Under the pieces are notes generated by a model. The model did not search any database, had not been told where the DNA came from, and saw only the letters and a program-made list of their open reading frames with translations. Positions 49,922 through 60,292 of a stretch of DNA of 62,085 nucleotides are shown piece by piece. This DNA comes from Thecamonas trahens ATCC 50062 (taxonomy: Eukaryota > Protista > Apusomonadida), in assembly GCF_000142905.1 (NCBI RefSeq), contig NW_013657604.1:1-62085 (forward strand), written 5' to 3'. Each line of letters opens with the position of its first letter. The stretch's first letter is position 1. The translations under genes and the position numbers were made by a program.

Positions 49922-51419
49922 CGGAGCTCCTTGCGCAGTTTCAGGCGCTTCCGGCGATCTCCCTCGCGGCCTTCGCGCTGGTGGCGGCCGCCGGCCTTTT
50001 TCATTGGCTTGGCCCCGAGCTCGGTGCCGCTGGCCTCGGTGGTCGTCGGCTCGGTCGCCGGGCGTGTAACCGGGGTGATCGCACCGACGGCGCGTCTTTT
50101 GCTCCTGTTCGCCGGCGGGTTCGTGCTCGGCATCGCCACGGTGGATGCCGCCATCGGCGGGCTGTTCGGATTCGTCGGCGACCTCGTCATTCGCGTGCTC
50201 GCCGGCTCCCTGGCGATTACCAACTCGTGCTTGCGGGCCTGCTGGTGGCCATGGNNNNNNNNNNNNNNNNNNNNNNNNNNNNNNNNNNNNNNNNNNNNNN
50301 NNNNNNNNNNNNNNNNNNNNNNNNNNNNNNNNNNNNNNNNNNNNNNNNNNNNNNNNNNNNNNNNNNNNNNNNNNNNNNNNNNNNNNNNNNNNNNNNNNNN
50401 NNNNNNNNNNNNNNNNNNNNNNNNNNNNNNNNNNNNNNNNNNNNNNNNNNNNNNNNNNNNNNNNNNNNNNNNNNNNNNNNNNNNNNNNNNNNNNNNNNNN
50501 NNNNNNNNNNNNNNNNNNNNNNNNNNNNNNNNNNNNNNNNNNNNNNNNNNNNNNNNNNNNNNNNNNNNNNNNNNNNNNNNNNNNNNNNNNNNNNNNNNNN
50601 NNNNNNNNNNNNNNNNNNNNNNNNNNNNNNNNNNNNNNNNNNNNNNNNNNNNNNNNNNNNNNNNNNNNNNNNNNNNNNNNNNNNNNNNNNNNNNNNNNNN
50701 NNNNNNNNNNNNNNNNNNNNNNNNNNNNNNNNNNNNNNNNNNNNNNNNNNNNNNNNNNNNNNNNNNNNNNNNNNNNNNNNNNNNNNNNNNNNNNNNNNNN
50801 NNNNNNNNNNNNNNNNNNNNNNNNNNNNNNNNNNNNNNNNNNNNNNNNNNNNNNNNNNNNNNNNNNNNNNNNNNNNNNNNNNNNNNNNNNNNNNNNNNNN
50901 NNNNNNNNNNNNNNNNNNNNNNNNNNNNNNNNNNNNNNNNNNNNNNNNNNNNNNNNNNNNNNNNNNNNNNNNNNNNNNNNNNNNNNNNNNNNNNNNNNNN
51001 NNNNNNNNNNNNNNNNNNNNNNNNNNNNNNNNNNNNNNNNNNNNNNNNNNNNNNNNNNNNNNNNNNNNNNNNNNNNNNNNNNNNNNNNNNNNNNNNNNNN
51101 NNNNNNNNNNNNNNNNNNNNNNNNNNNNNNNNNNNNNNNNNNNNNNNNNNNNNNNNNNNNNNNNNNNNNNNNNNNNNNNNNNNNNNNNNNNNNNNNNNNN
51201 NNNNNNNNNNNNNNNNNNNNNNNNNNNNNNNNNNNNNNNNNNNNNNNGGCGCTGTCGCTGCCGCTGGTGCTGCCGCGCGTTTCAGCGGCGCGCCGGGCGC
51301 TCGACTGGCTCGCCGGCCTGTCGCGCCGCATCCCCGTCTGGACCGGCTTGGTGCTGATCGTCCTCGGCGCGTGGTCGATCTGGTTCGGGTTGTTCGTGAA
51401 CCTGGAGGACTGGACATGA
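49918..51419 (+). CDS. CcdA/DsbD-like membrane protein(s); frameshift near 49996 and about 1 kb N-gap, may be two genes
   Basis: AAAGLF then IGLAPSSVPL in another frame; 3' end WTGLVLIVLGAWSIW. Confidence 0.5.
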
Positions 51420-52885
51420 TGGCATGCACGCGCGCTTTCCGCGCCACAGTCGCGGTCGCCGCCGGCGTGGTGATCGCCTCGACCGCGGGCGCTCCCTCCA
51501 TCAGAGCCGCCGACGACGTCCATTACGGACCGGATACCGTCGACATCGCGGCCCATTGGGCGGCGCGCGCGACCCTCGCCAACGCGGTGATGTTCAGCGG
51601 CCTGGGAGAGCCGCTCTCGATCTCCATGTCGACGGCCGACGACATCCTGAAGCATGCAGGTTACATTGCCCGGCCCCCGATGCCCGACATGGCCACCGTC
51701 GGGGCCGTTTATGCCGCCGGAAGCCCGGCGCTGAAACAGACGCCCGACTTCTCGGATTTGCAGACATTGCGGTGGGGTCCCGCGAGCTTCGACCGGACGC
51801 TGGAGCCGGCCGCCCAGGCCTGGGCGCTGATCAAGATCACCAGCCCGGCGTTCCACCTCAACTTCCATGACGACAAGGCGGACAGGCGCGTCGCGCTGAT
51901 GATGCTGCCGCAAGCCCGGGCGCAGGCCGAGGTCCTGGCGGAGCGGCTTCTCACCGGCCCGGGCCTGTTCGCGGCCCGTTCTTCGGACGGCACCTTCGCC
52001 GAACCCCGCGCCCACGACCAGGCCGTGGTGTTGTGGGGTGTGTCCAACCTGATCCTCGCCGCGACGAGCGAGCGCGAGGACTACTGGCACACGGCCTGGC
52101 GCGAGCTCGTCGACGCCGGCGATTATCGCGAGCTGTCGGACCGCGCCCTCGCGGCCGTCGAGCAGTTGCCGCCCAACACCCCCCGGGACCAAGCCCTGGC
52201 GATCGAGGCGCTGGGCCGCTACGCGCTCGCCACGAACGACGCGCAACGCCGCGAAAAAGCCCTGACGCTGGCACGTCGCCACGCCAACGCGCTGACGCAG
52301 GTACGGAATGTCTCGCTGAGCGATGCCGCGCTTGCCGTCTACGGCCTCGTCGAGGCCGGCCGGCTGCTGCGGGATGACGGGTTCGCGAAGGCAGCGGCCA
52401 CCGCATTCGAGACCGGGCTGCTTCCGAAGTGGGACGACCGGCTCGGCGCGTTCCGCACGGACGAGCCCGTCAGCTATACGCCGTCCATCACGGCCGCCGT
52501 CGTGGCAGCGCTGAATGCGATGCGCTGGCACGGCTCGGGCGATCTCGCGAAGGAAGCAAACCGCCTTTATCCGGGGTTTCTCGAAACGGTTCTGGTCGAT
52601 GCGAGACTGCAGCTCGCGAGCCCGCTGCCGCTGGTCCCGGCCCGCTACCGCGAGGGCTGGCCCGATACGGCCTTCGCGCATCCGGCGCTGCCGACACCGG
52701 AGAAAGCCGGCCTCGCACCGGTCTTCGCCGGCGAGGTCGTACACGAGAACGGGACGTGGCGCGTCTCCGATCGCCGCTTTCGCACGGCAGACGCGATGTT
52801 CCTCGCCAACATGCTGGTGATGCCGCACGAGGGACAGGCCGACACGTTCCTGCCCGCGAACCGGCTCGAGAGCCTCGACAGATAG
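51416..52885 (+). CDS. Secreted hypothetical protein, probably alpha-helical repeat (toroid) fold
   Basis: Signal peptide; ATGA coupling; repeated amphipathic helices. Confidence 0.75.
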   Translation: MMACTRAFRATVAVAAGVVIASTAGAPSIRAADDVHYGPDTVDIAAHWAARATLANAVMFSGLGEPLSISMSTADDILKHAGYIARPPMPDMATVGAVYAAGSPALKQTPDFSDLQTLRWGPASFDRTLEPAAQAWALIKITSPAFHLNFHDDKADRRVALMMLPQARAQAEVLAERLLTGPGLFAARSSDGTFAEPRAHDQAVVLWGVSNLILAATSEREDYWHTAWRELVDAGDYRELSDRALAAVEQLPPNTPRDQALAIEALGRYALATNDAQRREKALTLARRHANALTQVRNVSLSDAALAVYGLVEAGRLLRDDGFAKAAATAFETGLLPKWDDRLGAFRTDEPVSYTPSITAAVVAALNAMRWHGSGDLAKEANRLYPGFLETVLVDARLQLASPLPLVPARYREGWPDTAFAHPALPTPEKAGLAPVFAGEVVHENGTWRVSDRRFRTADAMFLANMLVMPHEGQADTFLPANRLESLDR

Positions 52886-52894
52886 GAGAAGGAC

Positions 52895-55437
52895 ATGGCC
52901 GAAGCCATCGCGCAACAGGCACGGGACCGGGGCATCGAGAGCCTGCAACTCAAGATCGGGGGCATGAGCTGCTCGTTCTGCACGAACGCGATCGAGCGCG
53001 GACTCCGCCGCGAGAAGGGCATCGAGGAGGTGCATGTCTCCCTCGCCCACGAGGAGGCCCTGGTGCGGTTCCGGTCGGACGAGACCGACGAGACGCGGAT
53101 CAAGGACACGTTGCGCGCCCTCGGCTTCATCGTGCGCGACCCGCGCAAGGTCGGCGGCTTCGACGAGCAACTCGACCTCAAGCGCAAGGAGCGCAACGAC
53201 CTGATCTCGGCGGCGAGCCTCGCCCTTCTCATGTTCTGCGCGATGGCCGCCATGTGGCTCGGCCTCTGGCAGATGCAGGACTGGCACGCCTGGACGGCGT
53301 GGGCGTTCGCCACTTACACCTTCGGCTGGAACGGCCGGCGCATCATCCGTATGGCGTGGGGCGCCGCGTGGCGCGGCATCACCAACCAGCACGTGCTGCT
53401 CTCGGTCGGCGCCATCGGCGCCTATATCGGCGGCCTCCTCGGCGCCCCGCTACCGTTCCTCGGCTGGTACGGCTTCGTCGGGTTCCCGCCCGTCGACTTC
53501 TTCGGCGTGGTGGTGTTCCTGACCACCTATCACTTGCTGTCCGGCTACGTCTCGCTCGTGGTGCGCACGAAGGCGTCGGAGAGCGTGCGCCGGCTCCTGG
53601 AGATGCAGCCACCGACGGCCCGGGTTGTTCGCGACGGCCGGGAAGAGGACGTCGCGATCGACGAGGTCGCGATCGACGACCGCGTCCGCGTGCGCCCCGG
53701 CGACCGCATCCCGGTGGACGGCACGGTGGAGGACGGCACGTCGGCGGTCGACCAGTCGATCGTCACGGGCGAGCCGATCCCCGAGGAAAAGAAGCAGGGC
53801 GACGAGGTGATCGGCGGCAGCGTCAACCAGACCGGCACGCTGCTCATCCGCGTCACCCGCACCGGCGAGGACAGCTTCCTGCGCCAGGTCGCGCGCCACG
53901 TCGAAGAGGCGAAGGCGATGAAGCCGGGGATCATCGTCCTGGTCGACCGGGTGCTGCTCTACTACGTCCCGGCGGTGCTCGGGATATCGGCGGCGGCGCT
54001 CCTGTTCTGGGGCTTTGCGCCGCTGGCCTGGGGCGGCGCCATGCAGTGGGTCACGGCGATCTATGCCGCGGTCACGGTGCTCGTGATGGGCTATCCCTGC
54101 GCACTGGGCATGGCGACGCCGCTGGCGCTGATCCGTGGTGGCGGCATGGCGGCCGAGCGCGGCATCCTGATGCGCTCGGGCGAGGCGTTTCAGATCCTCA
54201 AGGACATAACCCATGTCGTGCTCGACAAGACCGGCACGCTCACCGAGGGCAAGCCGCGGCTCGTCGCCGCCGAGGCAGTCGGTGATTTCGGCCGGGACGA
54301 GGTCCTGCGCCTGGCTGCGGGCACCGAGTCGGCCTCGGAACATCCGCTTGCCAGCGCCATCGTCGACGGCGCGGTGGAACAGGGGCTCGAGATACCGCAA
54401 GCGCGCGACTTCCAGGCAACGGCCGGGCAGGGCGTCGAGGCGACCGTCGCGGGGCGCCGGGTCCTGGTCGGCACGACCCGCTTCCTGCGCGCGAGCGGGG
54501 TCGACGTCGCGCCGGCAGAAGAGATGCTCGACCGGCACGAGGCACAGGCGCACACCGCCGTGCTTGTCGCGGTCGACGGGGTGGTCGCCGGGGTGCTCGC
54601 GATCGCCGACGCGGTCAAGCCGGACGCGAGGGATGCCATCGCGGAGCTCAAGGGGCGCGGCATCACGCCGGTCATGCTGACCGGCGACAACGAACGCACC
54701 GCCAGGGCCGTCGCCGGTCAGGTCGGTATCGAAGAGGTCCANNNNNNNNNNNNNNNNNNNNNNNNNNNNNNNNNNNNNNNNNNNNNNNNNNNNNNNNNNN
54801 NNNNNNNNNNNNNNNNNNNNNNNNNNNNNNNNNNNNNNNNNNNNNGCTGATGCAGGCGCATGTCGGCATCGCCATCGGCGCGGGCACCGACATCGCGATC
54901 GAGTCCTCCGATGTCGTGCTGATCGGCGAACGCCTCGGCGCCGTGCCGGAGGCGATCACGATCGGCGGCATGAGCTATCGCAAGACGGTGCAGAACCTGT
55001 GGCTCGCGTTCTTCTTCAACGGCGTCGGCGTGCCGCTCGCGGCCACCGGGGTCGTGCATCCCTCCTGGGCCATGGCCGCCATGGCCGCCAGCGTCACCCT
55101 CGTGCTCGCCAACTCGTTCGGCGGGCAGGTCTTCACGCGCGGCAAGGCGCGGACAGATCACGTGCCGGAACATCCCAGGCAGGCCCCCGAGGAAAGCCGG
55201 AATACTCCTGACACCAATGGTTCGGAGCTCAGGCTCTCGGTGCCGAGCATTCACTGCCAGGGCTGCATCGAGACCATCGAAGCCAACCTGCGGCTCGAGC
55301 CGGGGATCGGTCGTATCGAGGGGGACGAGAAGTCGAAGACGATCCGGGTCGCCTACGACGCCGCCGACACCTCCCCGGGCACGATCGAGGCCGCCGTCAC
55401 AAGACTGGGGCACAGGGTGGAAAAGCGGTCCGTCTGA
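52895..55437 (+). CDS. Atypical P1B ATPase (YPC) with N- and C-terminal HMA domains; N-gap 54742-54845
   Basis: [38 protein letters not shown]. Confidence 0.9.
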
Positions 55438-55448
55438 GGGTTGGACGC

Positions 55449-55479
55449 TTGAACCTCCCCCCACAGGAGGTTTTATACG
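55449..55479 (+). promoter_or_regulatory. CueR-like promoter/operator
   Basis: TTGAAC-N19-TATACG with dyad AACCTCC-N7-GGAGGTT. Confidence 0.75.
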
Positions 55480-55486
55480 AGTGGAC

Positions 55487-56011
55487 ATGGAACAGCATTC
55501 GACCGGCGGACTCTACTCGATCGGCGAGGCGGCCGAGGCTACCGGCCTGTCGGTGAAGGCAATCCGCCATTATGAAGAAGTCGGCCTGATCCCGCGGCCG
55601 CGCCGACACGACGGCAACGCCCGGACGGGCGGCAACCGCCTCTATACGGAATCGGAACTCGCCAGGCTCCGGTTCGTCCGGCAGGCCCGGCATCTCGACT
55701 TGGGGCTGGACGAGATACGCCGCCTCCTCGAGATCGCCGAGGAGACCTGCCCGAGCCGGCACCCCGATTATCGTCGGATCCTGACCGGCCACCTGGAGAC
55801 GGTGACCCGCCGCATCGACCAGTTGAGCGACTTGCAGACGAAGCTAACGACGCTGCTGTCGAAGGATGGATCCGGGCGTGTCCGACGCTGCTCCGGCGAC
55901 GGCTGTGGCTGCCTCGACGCGGATCCCGCCCCTGGCCGAAAGCGCGCTGGTCGTGAGGCGAACGCCGGCGGAACCCGACAGAGAAAGGGCCGGGACCCCG
56001 GTTCGCCATGA
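55487..56011 (+). CDS. MerR-family (CueR-like) regulator
   Basis: SVKAIRHYEEVGL; CPS and CSGDGCGC. Confidence 0.88.
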   Translation: MEQHSTGGLYSIGEAAEATGLSVKAIRHYEEVGLIPRPRRHDGNARTGGNRLYTESELARLRFVRQARHLDLGLDEIRRLLEIAEETCPSRHPDYRRILTGHLETVTRRIDQLSDLQTKLTTLLSKDGSGRVRRCSGDGCGCLDADPAPGRKRAGREANAGGTRQRKGRDPGSP

Positions 56012-56607
56012 ACCGGTTGATCTGGTCCGCCCTCCGGAGATGGCTTTATCTGCGCCGCGGCCGCATGCCGCCGGCCGATCTCGACGGGCCGGTGTGGTAT
56101 TTCGCGTTCGGCTCCAACATGAACGAGCGCCTGTTCCGCGAGCGTCGTCACATGACGCCGATCGAGACCCGGATCGCCCGGCTGGACGGCTACCGCCTGC
56201 GGTTCGCCGTCGCAGGGCGGCGAAGTCCACGCACGTCGGCCCGTTTCGTGGAGGTTATCCAGGGGATCGACCAGGTCGCCCCGGGCGGACGCAAGCCGGG
56301 CGTCTCGGCTCCGGCCGATATCGTGGAAGCGCCTGGCGAACACGTCTGGGGCGTGCTCTATCTGCTTCCGTTCCGCAAGTTCGTCCGGCTCGACGCGAGC
56401 GAGGGGCGGCAGTACGCCTATTTGTGGGTCGACGTCGAGGATCAGGATGGCCGGACAGTCCACGCCCTCACATATTGCGTCCCCTATCCCGCTCCGGAAG
56501 GGCGCCCCTCGCGCGGTTATCTGGAGCTGATCCGTACCGCCGTACACGAGCGAGGTATGCCCGAAAGCTACGTCGCTTTCCTGGATCGCGTGGAGCCGCG
56601 GCCGTGA
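56008..56607 (+). CDS. Gamma-glutamylcyclotransferase family protein
   Basis: WYFAFGSNM, VWGVLY, LDASEG, PSRGYL. Confidence 0.85.
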   Translation: MNRLIWSALRRWLYLRRGRMPPADLDGPVWYFAFGSNMNERLFRERRHMTPIETRIARLDGYRLRFAVAGRRSPRTSARFVEVIQGIDQVAPGGRKPGVSAPADIVEAPGEHVWGVLYLLPFRKFVRLDASEGRQYAYLWVDVEDQDGRTVHALTYCVPYPAPEGRPSRGYLELIRTAVHERGMPESYVAFLDRVEPRP

Positions 56608-57662
56608 TCGAGCTGGACGAAACCACCCCCGTGGCGACGCGGCGGCCGCGCCGCCGTTGGCTCAACTGGCTGGGCACGGCGATCGGTCTCGGCCTGATCG
56701 CCCTTCTCGCCTGGCGGCTCGACTGGCGCCAGTTCGCCGAGGTGCTGCAATCCGCCCGGCCGGAGTTCGTGCTCGCCACCTTCCTGGCGATCACGCTGGA
56801 GCAGGTCATCCGGGGCTGGAAGTGGCGCCAGATCCTGACGCCTGTCTGCGACTGCCGGACATCGCACCTGTTCGGCGCGACCATGGCCGGCTATCTCGCC
56901 AACCTCCTCGTGCCGCTCGGCCTCAGCCCCTTCGTCCGGTCGTGGCTCGTCGCCCGCAAACAGAAGATTTCGGTGAGCTGCGCGCTGGCCACGGTCGCCA
57001 TCGACCGCCTGGTCGACGGGCTGGTGTTCGCGGGCATCGTCGTTGTCGTCGTGCCGGCCGCGGTCATCCCCGACCCGAACGGCAATATCGGCCTCGGCCT
57101 CCTCCTGGGCGCCGGCGGCAGCGCGGTGGCGATCGTGGTGGCACTCGTCCTGCTCGTGCACCACAAGCGCCGGTCGGCATCCGGCATCGGGATTCTGCTC
57201 GTGCTTGTCGACCGCCTGCCGAAGCGAGTCTCGGTCCGCGCGCGGTCGCTCGCGCTCGCCTTCGCCGACGGGATCGTCTGGCCGCGGGAGCGATGGCGGG
57301 GCGCCGCCATCGTAATGGCCAGCATCGTCATCAAGCTGATCGCGGCCTCGCATCTTTTCTGGGCGGGCCTCGCCTTCGGCGTGGTGCTGGAGCCGCTCGT
57401 CTATCTCGCCTTGCTGGCGATCCTCGGTTTCATCGTCATTCTTGCGCATATGGCCAGGGTACCCGCCGGCTTCGTCGTTGGCGCCGTGTTCTCGCTCGGC
57501 CTCTTCGGGGTCGGGGACGCCACCGCTCTTGCCATGGTCACCGTAGTCATGGCGGCGAACATGCTGGCCGTTGCCCTCTTCGGCGGCTGGGGGCTCTGGG
57601 CCCACGGGGTCGGTCTCGGCGATCTCGGCCGGCGGAAGGTCGCGGCCGATGGTAGCCCGTGA
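56604..57662 (+). CDS. Lysylphosphatidylglycerol synthase TM-domain (UPF0104) protein
   Basis: RGWKWRQIL, GYLANLLVP, ATVAIDRLVD; GTGA coupling. Confidence 0.82.
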   Translation: MIELDETTPVATRRPRRRWLNWLGTAIGLGLIALLAWRLDWRQFAEVLQSARPEFVLATFLAITLEQVIRGWKWRQILTPVCDCRTSHLFGATMAGYLANLLVPLGLSPFVRSWLVARKQKISVSCALATVAIDRLVDGLVFAGIVVVVVPAAVIPDPNGNIGLGLLLGAGGSAVAIVVALVLLVHHKRRSASGIGILLVLVDRLPKRVSVRARSLALAFADGIVWPRERWRGAAIVMASIVIKLIAASHLFWAGLAFGVVLEPLVYLALLAILGFIVILAHMARVPAGFVVGAVFSLGLFGVGDATALAMVTVVMAANMLAVALFGGWGLWAHGVGLGDLGRRKVAADGSP

Positions 57663-58914
57663 ACGATCCAGCCGCTTCACGCGCATCGCCACCGCCGGTG
57701 CCTTCTTCCAGGGCGGCGCCGCCGCGGTCGATACCGGAACGATCATGGCAAGCCTCGTCCACGGTCTCACCGGCAGCTCCGTCGCGGTCGGCGCGACAGC
57801 GGCGATCACCCGCTACGGCTGGCTATTCCCGCAGTTGTTCGTCGCCTGGTTCGCTCAAGCCCGGCGACGGCGCATGCCGTTCTACGCCCTGGGCGCGTTC
57901 GGCCGGGTCGCCTGCCTGATCGGCGTTGGCGGCATCGTTCTCATGGCCGGTCCCACGCCAGCGTCTTCGCTGGTTATCGGGTTCTTCACATTGTGGACGC
58001 TCTATGCCTTCGTCGGGGGCATCCTCGCGGTCCCCTACAACGACATCGTCGCTCGCTCCATTCCATCGGCCCGGCGCAGCCGTCTCCTGGCCCTGCGGTT
58101 CTTCGCGGGCGGGCTGCTGGCCCTCGGCGTCGCCGCCGTCGCCGGGCGGGCGATCGACGCGCTGGCGTTCCCCGCCGGACACGCGGTGGTTCTGCTGACC
58201 GGGGCCGGGCTGCTGCTGGTCTCGGCGATCTCCTTCGTCTCCGCCGGCGAGCCATTGGCGCCTGAGCCGAAGCAAGCGACCGGCTTCGGGCAGTTCCTCC
58301 GGGAGGGGTTGGACGTGTTCCGGCAGGATCGGCGCTTTCGCCTTTTCGTGGGCGTGCGCTGGCTCGACGGCACCGTCATGATGGCGCTGCCCTTCTACGT
58401 GGTGGCGGCGACGCAGGCCGGTGTCACTGCGGCGGAGGTCGCGATGCTGCTCGGCGCGCAGACGGCAGGTGCGCTCCTGTCCAACCCGCTCTGGGGCTGG
58501 TGGGGCGACCGGCTCGGCAAGCGGCGACTGCTCGGCGTCACGGCGGCGCTCGCGATCGCGGCGCCGTTGCTCACGGTCCTCTGGATGGGCGTCGTGCCTC
58601 CGGGCGGAACCGCCGCCCTTCCCGCCTTCGCGGCGATCTTTCTGGTCCTGGGCGCAGTGAACAACGGCGGCAACATTGCCCATCTGGGATATCTCTGGGA
58701 GATCTCGCCGGACGACCGACGGCCCGCCTACAGCGGCTACTTCAATGCGCTCGTTGCGCCGGCGGCGCTGTCGCCGATCATCGGTGCGGCAGTGGTCGAG
58801 GCGCTCGGTCTGTCTGCGGTCTTCGTGGCGGGCGCCGTGGCCGCCGTCGGCCAGGTCATCGCCGTCCAGCGCCTGCGCCATATCGAAGAGGAAATGGTGG
58901 CGCCATGTTCTTGA
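57649..58914 (+). CDS. MFS transporter
   Basis: About 12 TM, WGWWGDRLGKR motif A. Confidence 0.85.
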   Translation: MVARERSSRFTRIATAGAFFQGGAAAVDTGTIMASLVHGLTGSSVAVGATAAITRYGWLFPQLFVAWFAQARRRRMPFYALGAFGRVACLIGVGGIVLMAGPTPASSLVIGFFTLWTLYAFVGGILAVPYNDIVARSIPSARRSRLLALRFFAGGLLALGVAAVAGRAIDALAFPAGHAVVLLTGAGLLLVSAISFVSAGEPLAPEPKQATGFGQFLREGLDVFRQDRRFRLFVGVRWLDGTVMMALPFYVVAATQAGVTAAEVAMLLGAQTAGALLSNPLWGWWGDRLGKRRLLGVTAALAIAAPLLTVLWMGVVPPGGTAALPAFAAIFLVLGAVNNGGNIAHLGYLWEISPDDRRPAYSGYFNALVAPAALSPIIGAAVVEALGLSAVFVAGAVAAVGQVIAVQRLRHIEEEMVAPCS

Positions 58915-59471
58915 TCCTGAAACGCGCGCTCCGACGCGGCATCGCCCGGTCGTGGTGGCTGTCCAAGCTCTGGTATCGCCGCTCCGGCCTCCGCGTAGAG
59001 GGACAGCCCGCGGATCAGGTGTGGTACTTCGCCTTCGGCGCCAACATGCACGACAGCGCGTTTCGCGAGCGCCGCCGCATGCGGCCTCTCGAGTGGCGGC
59101 CCGGACGGATCAGGGACTATCGCCTGCGCTTCAACCTCGAGGGGCGTCCGAAGGGGAAGGCCGCGCCCGCGAATATCGAGCCGTGCCCCGGCGGCGAGGT
59201 CTGGGGCGTGCTCTACCGGATCACCCGGCGCGACCTGATCTGGCTGGACAGCACCGAAGGGGTCCCCGGCCCGCGCTACCGTCAACTCTGGGCCGAGGCG
59301 GAGGACAGGGAAGGAAACCGCATGCGCTGCGTCACCTATATCGCAGAGGGGAAGGAAACGGATGGTAATCCGTCCCTGCGCTACATCACCCTGCTTCGCG
59401 AAGGGGCCCGTGCTCATGACCTGCCGGAGCACTGGGTGCGGTTCCTCAATAATGTGAAGCACGCTGAGTGA
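58905..59471 (+). CDS. Second gamma-glutamylcyclotransferase family protein
   Basis: WYFAFGANM, VWGVLY, LDSTEG, PSLRY. Confidence 0.85.
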   Translation: MFLILKRALRRGIARSWWLSKLWYRRSGLRVEGQPADQVWYFAFGANMHDSAFRERRRMRPLEWRPGRIRDYRLRFNLEGRPKGKAAPANIEPCPGGEVWGVLYRITRRDLIWLDSTEGVPGPRYRQLWAEAEDREGNRMRCVTYIAEGKETDGNPSLRYITLLREGARAHDLPEHWVRFLNNVKHAE

Positions 59472-59480
59472 TGATCAATC

Positions 59481-59521
59481 AAAAAAACAAAGACCCCACA
59501 AGCGGTTAAGCTTGCGGGGCC
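59481..59521 (-). terminator. Intrinsic terminator after tRNA 3' fragment
   Basis: GGCCCCGCAAGC-TTAACC-GCTTGTGGGGTC then TTTGTTTTTTT on minus strand. Confidence 0.75.
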
Positions 59522-59559
59522 TCGGTCAGATTTGGATTTCGAGCGAGTTATAACAAAAG

Positions 59560-59573
59560 TGGTTGCGGGGGCA
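59560..59573 (-). mobile_element. Second att-like fragment of tRNA-fMet 3' end
   Basis: Minus strand TGCCCCCGCAACCA; 13/14 identical to the 44580 copy; lies at a change in gene content. Confidence 0.65.
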
Positions 59574-59693
59574 TACCTGTTTGCCCAATTCTTTTCCCCG
59601 AGAAACATCAGATTTTGGTGCACTCGGTAGAGAATTGAGACCATACATTTCCGATCCTTGTCAAGTCGTTAACGGCATGATGGGGGTCCTACA

Positions 59694-60059
59694 ATGCCAG
59701 CCGAATGGGGTCAGGCGAAGATCGAAATCCTTGCTTTGCGAGATGAAATTCTCGGCAAGCTTGAGCAAGGCATTCTGGTCAGAACAATCTACGAAGAACT
59801 GAGCGCATCGGGACGTATCACAATGTCTCGCAGGTCATTCTATGACCGCGTTAAACGACTGCGTACTGAAGCCTCGAAGTCCACACGCAATACCTCTGCG
59901 CAATCCACTGGGCGCACCAGCAAACCAATCCAGAACTACCTCACTGAGAAGTCGAAGCCAGCCACAAGCAATTTGCTCCCAAGCCTCAAGGCCGAAGAGC
60001 AAGAAGAGCTTGATCGCTTGTGGGAAGGGTCCTCGGACAACACGGAGGAAACTCCGTGA
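59694..60059 (+). CDS. TraK-like relaxosome protein
   Basis: KIEILALRDEI..IYEELSASGRITMSRRSFY; upstream of traL. Confidence 0.65.
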   Translation: MPAEWGQAKIEILALRDEILGKLEQGILVRTIYEELSASGRITMSRRSFYDRVKRLRTEASKSTRNTSAQSTGRTSKPIQNYLTEKSKPATSNLLPSLKAEEQEELDRLWEGSSDNTEETP

Positions 60060-60292
60060 ACTCCTGGAAATCAGATTACCTCACTCTTCACACCCGCCTG
60101 CGGCAAGCCCGCGAGAGCAAACACCTCACCCAAGCTGGTGCAGGTGAATGTATCGGCGTGTGCGAACGCACCTATCGAGACTTTGAGGCTGGCAGGACGG
60201 ATCTGTCAGCAGCCCACATGTTCCGCCTCGCCACTGTGCTGGGCATCAAAATTATTATTTCAGATGGAGTTATCGCCGATGGCGTTGATTAA
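60056..60292 (+). CDS. XRE HTH regulator
   Basis: LRQARESKHLTQ..IGVCERTYRDFEAG; GTGA coupling. Confidence 0.75.
   Translation: MNSWKSDYLTLHTRLRQARESKHLTQAGAGECIGVCERTYRDFEAGRTDLSAAHMFRLATVLGIKIIISDGVIADGVD

Noticed and set aside
49990-50005. Programmed frameshift in the CcdA-like gene
   Set aside because: T5 run with no known signal in a draft that shows other indels; error or mutation more likely
49913-53392. Very long ORFs spanning N-gaps (also 10723-13161, 49931-52885, 6302-7738)
   Set aside because: Created by N runs or antisense to well-supported genes
59574-59693. IncP-type oriT upstream of traK
   Set aside because: No recognisable TATCCTG nic motif or flanking inverted repeat
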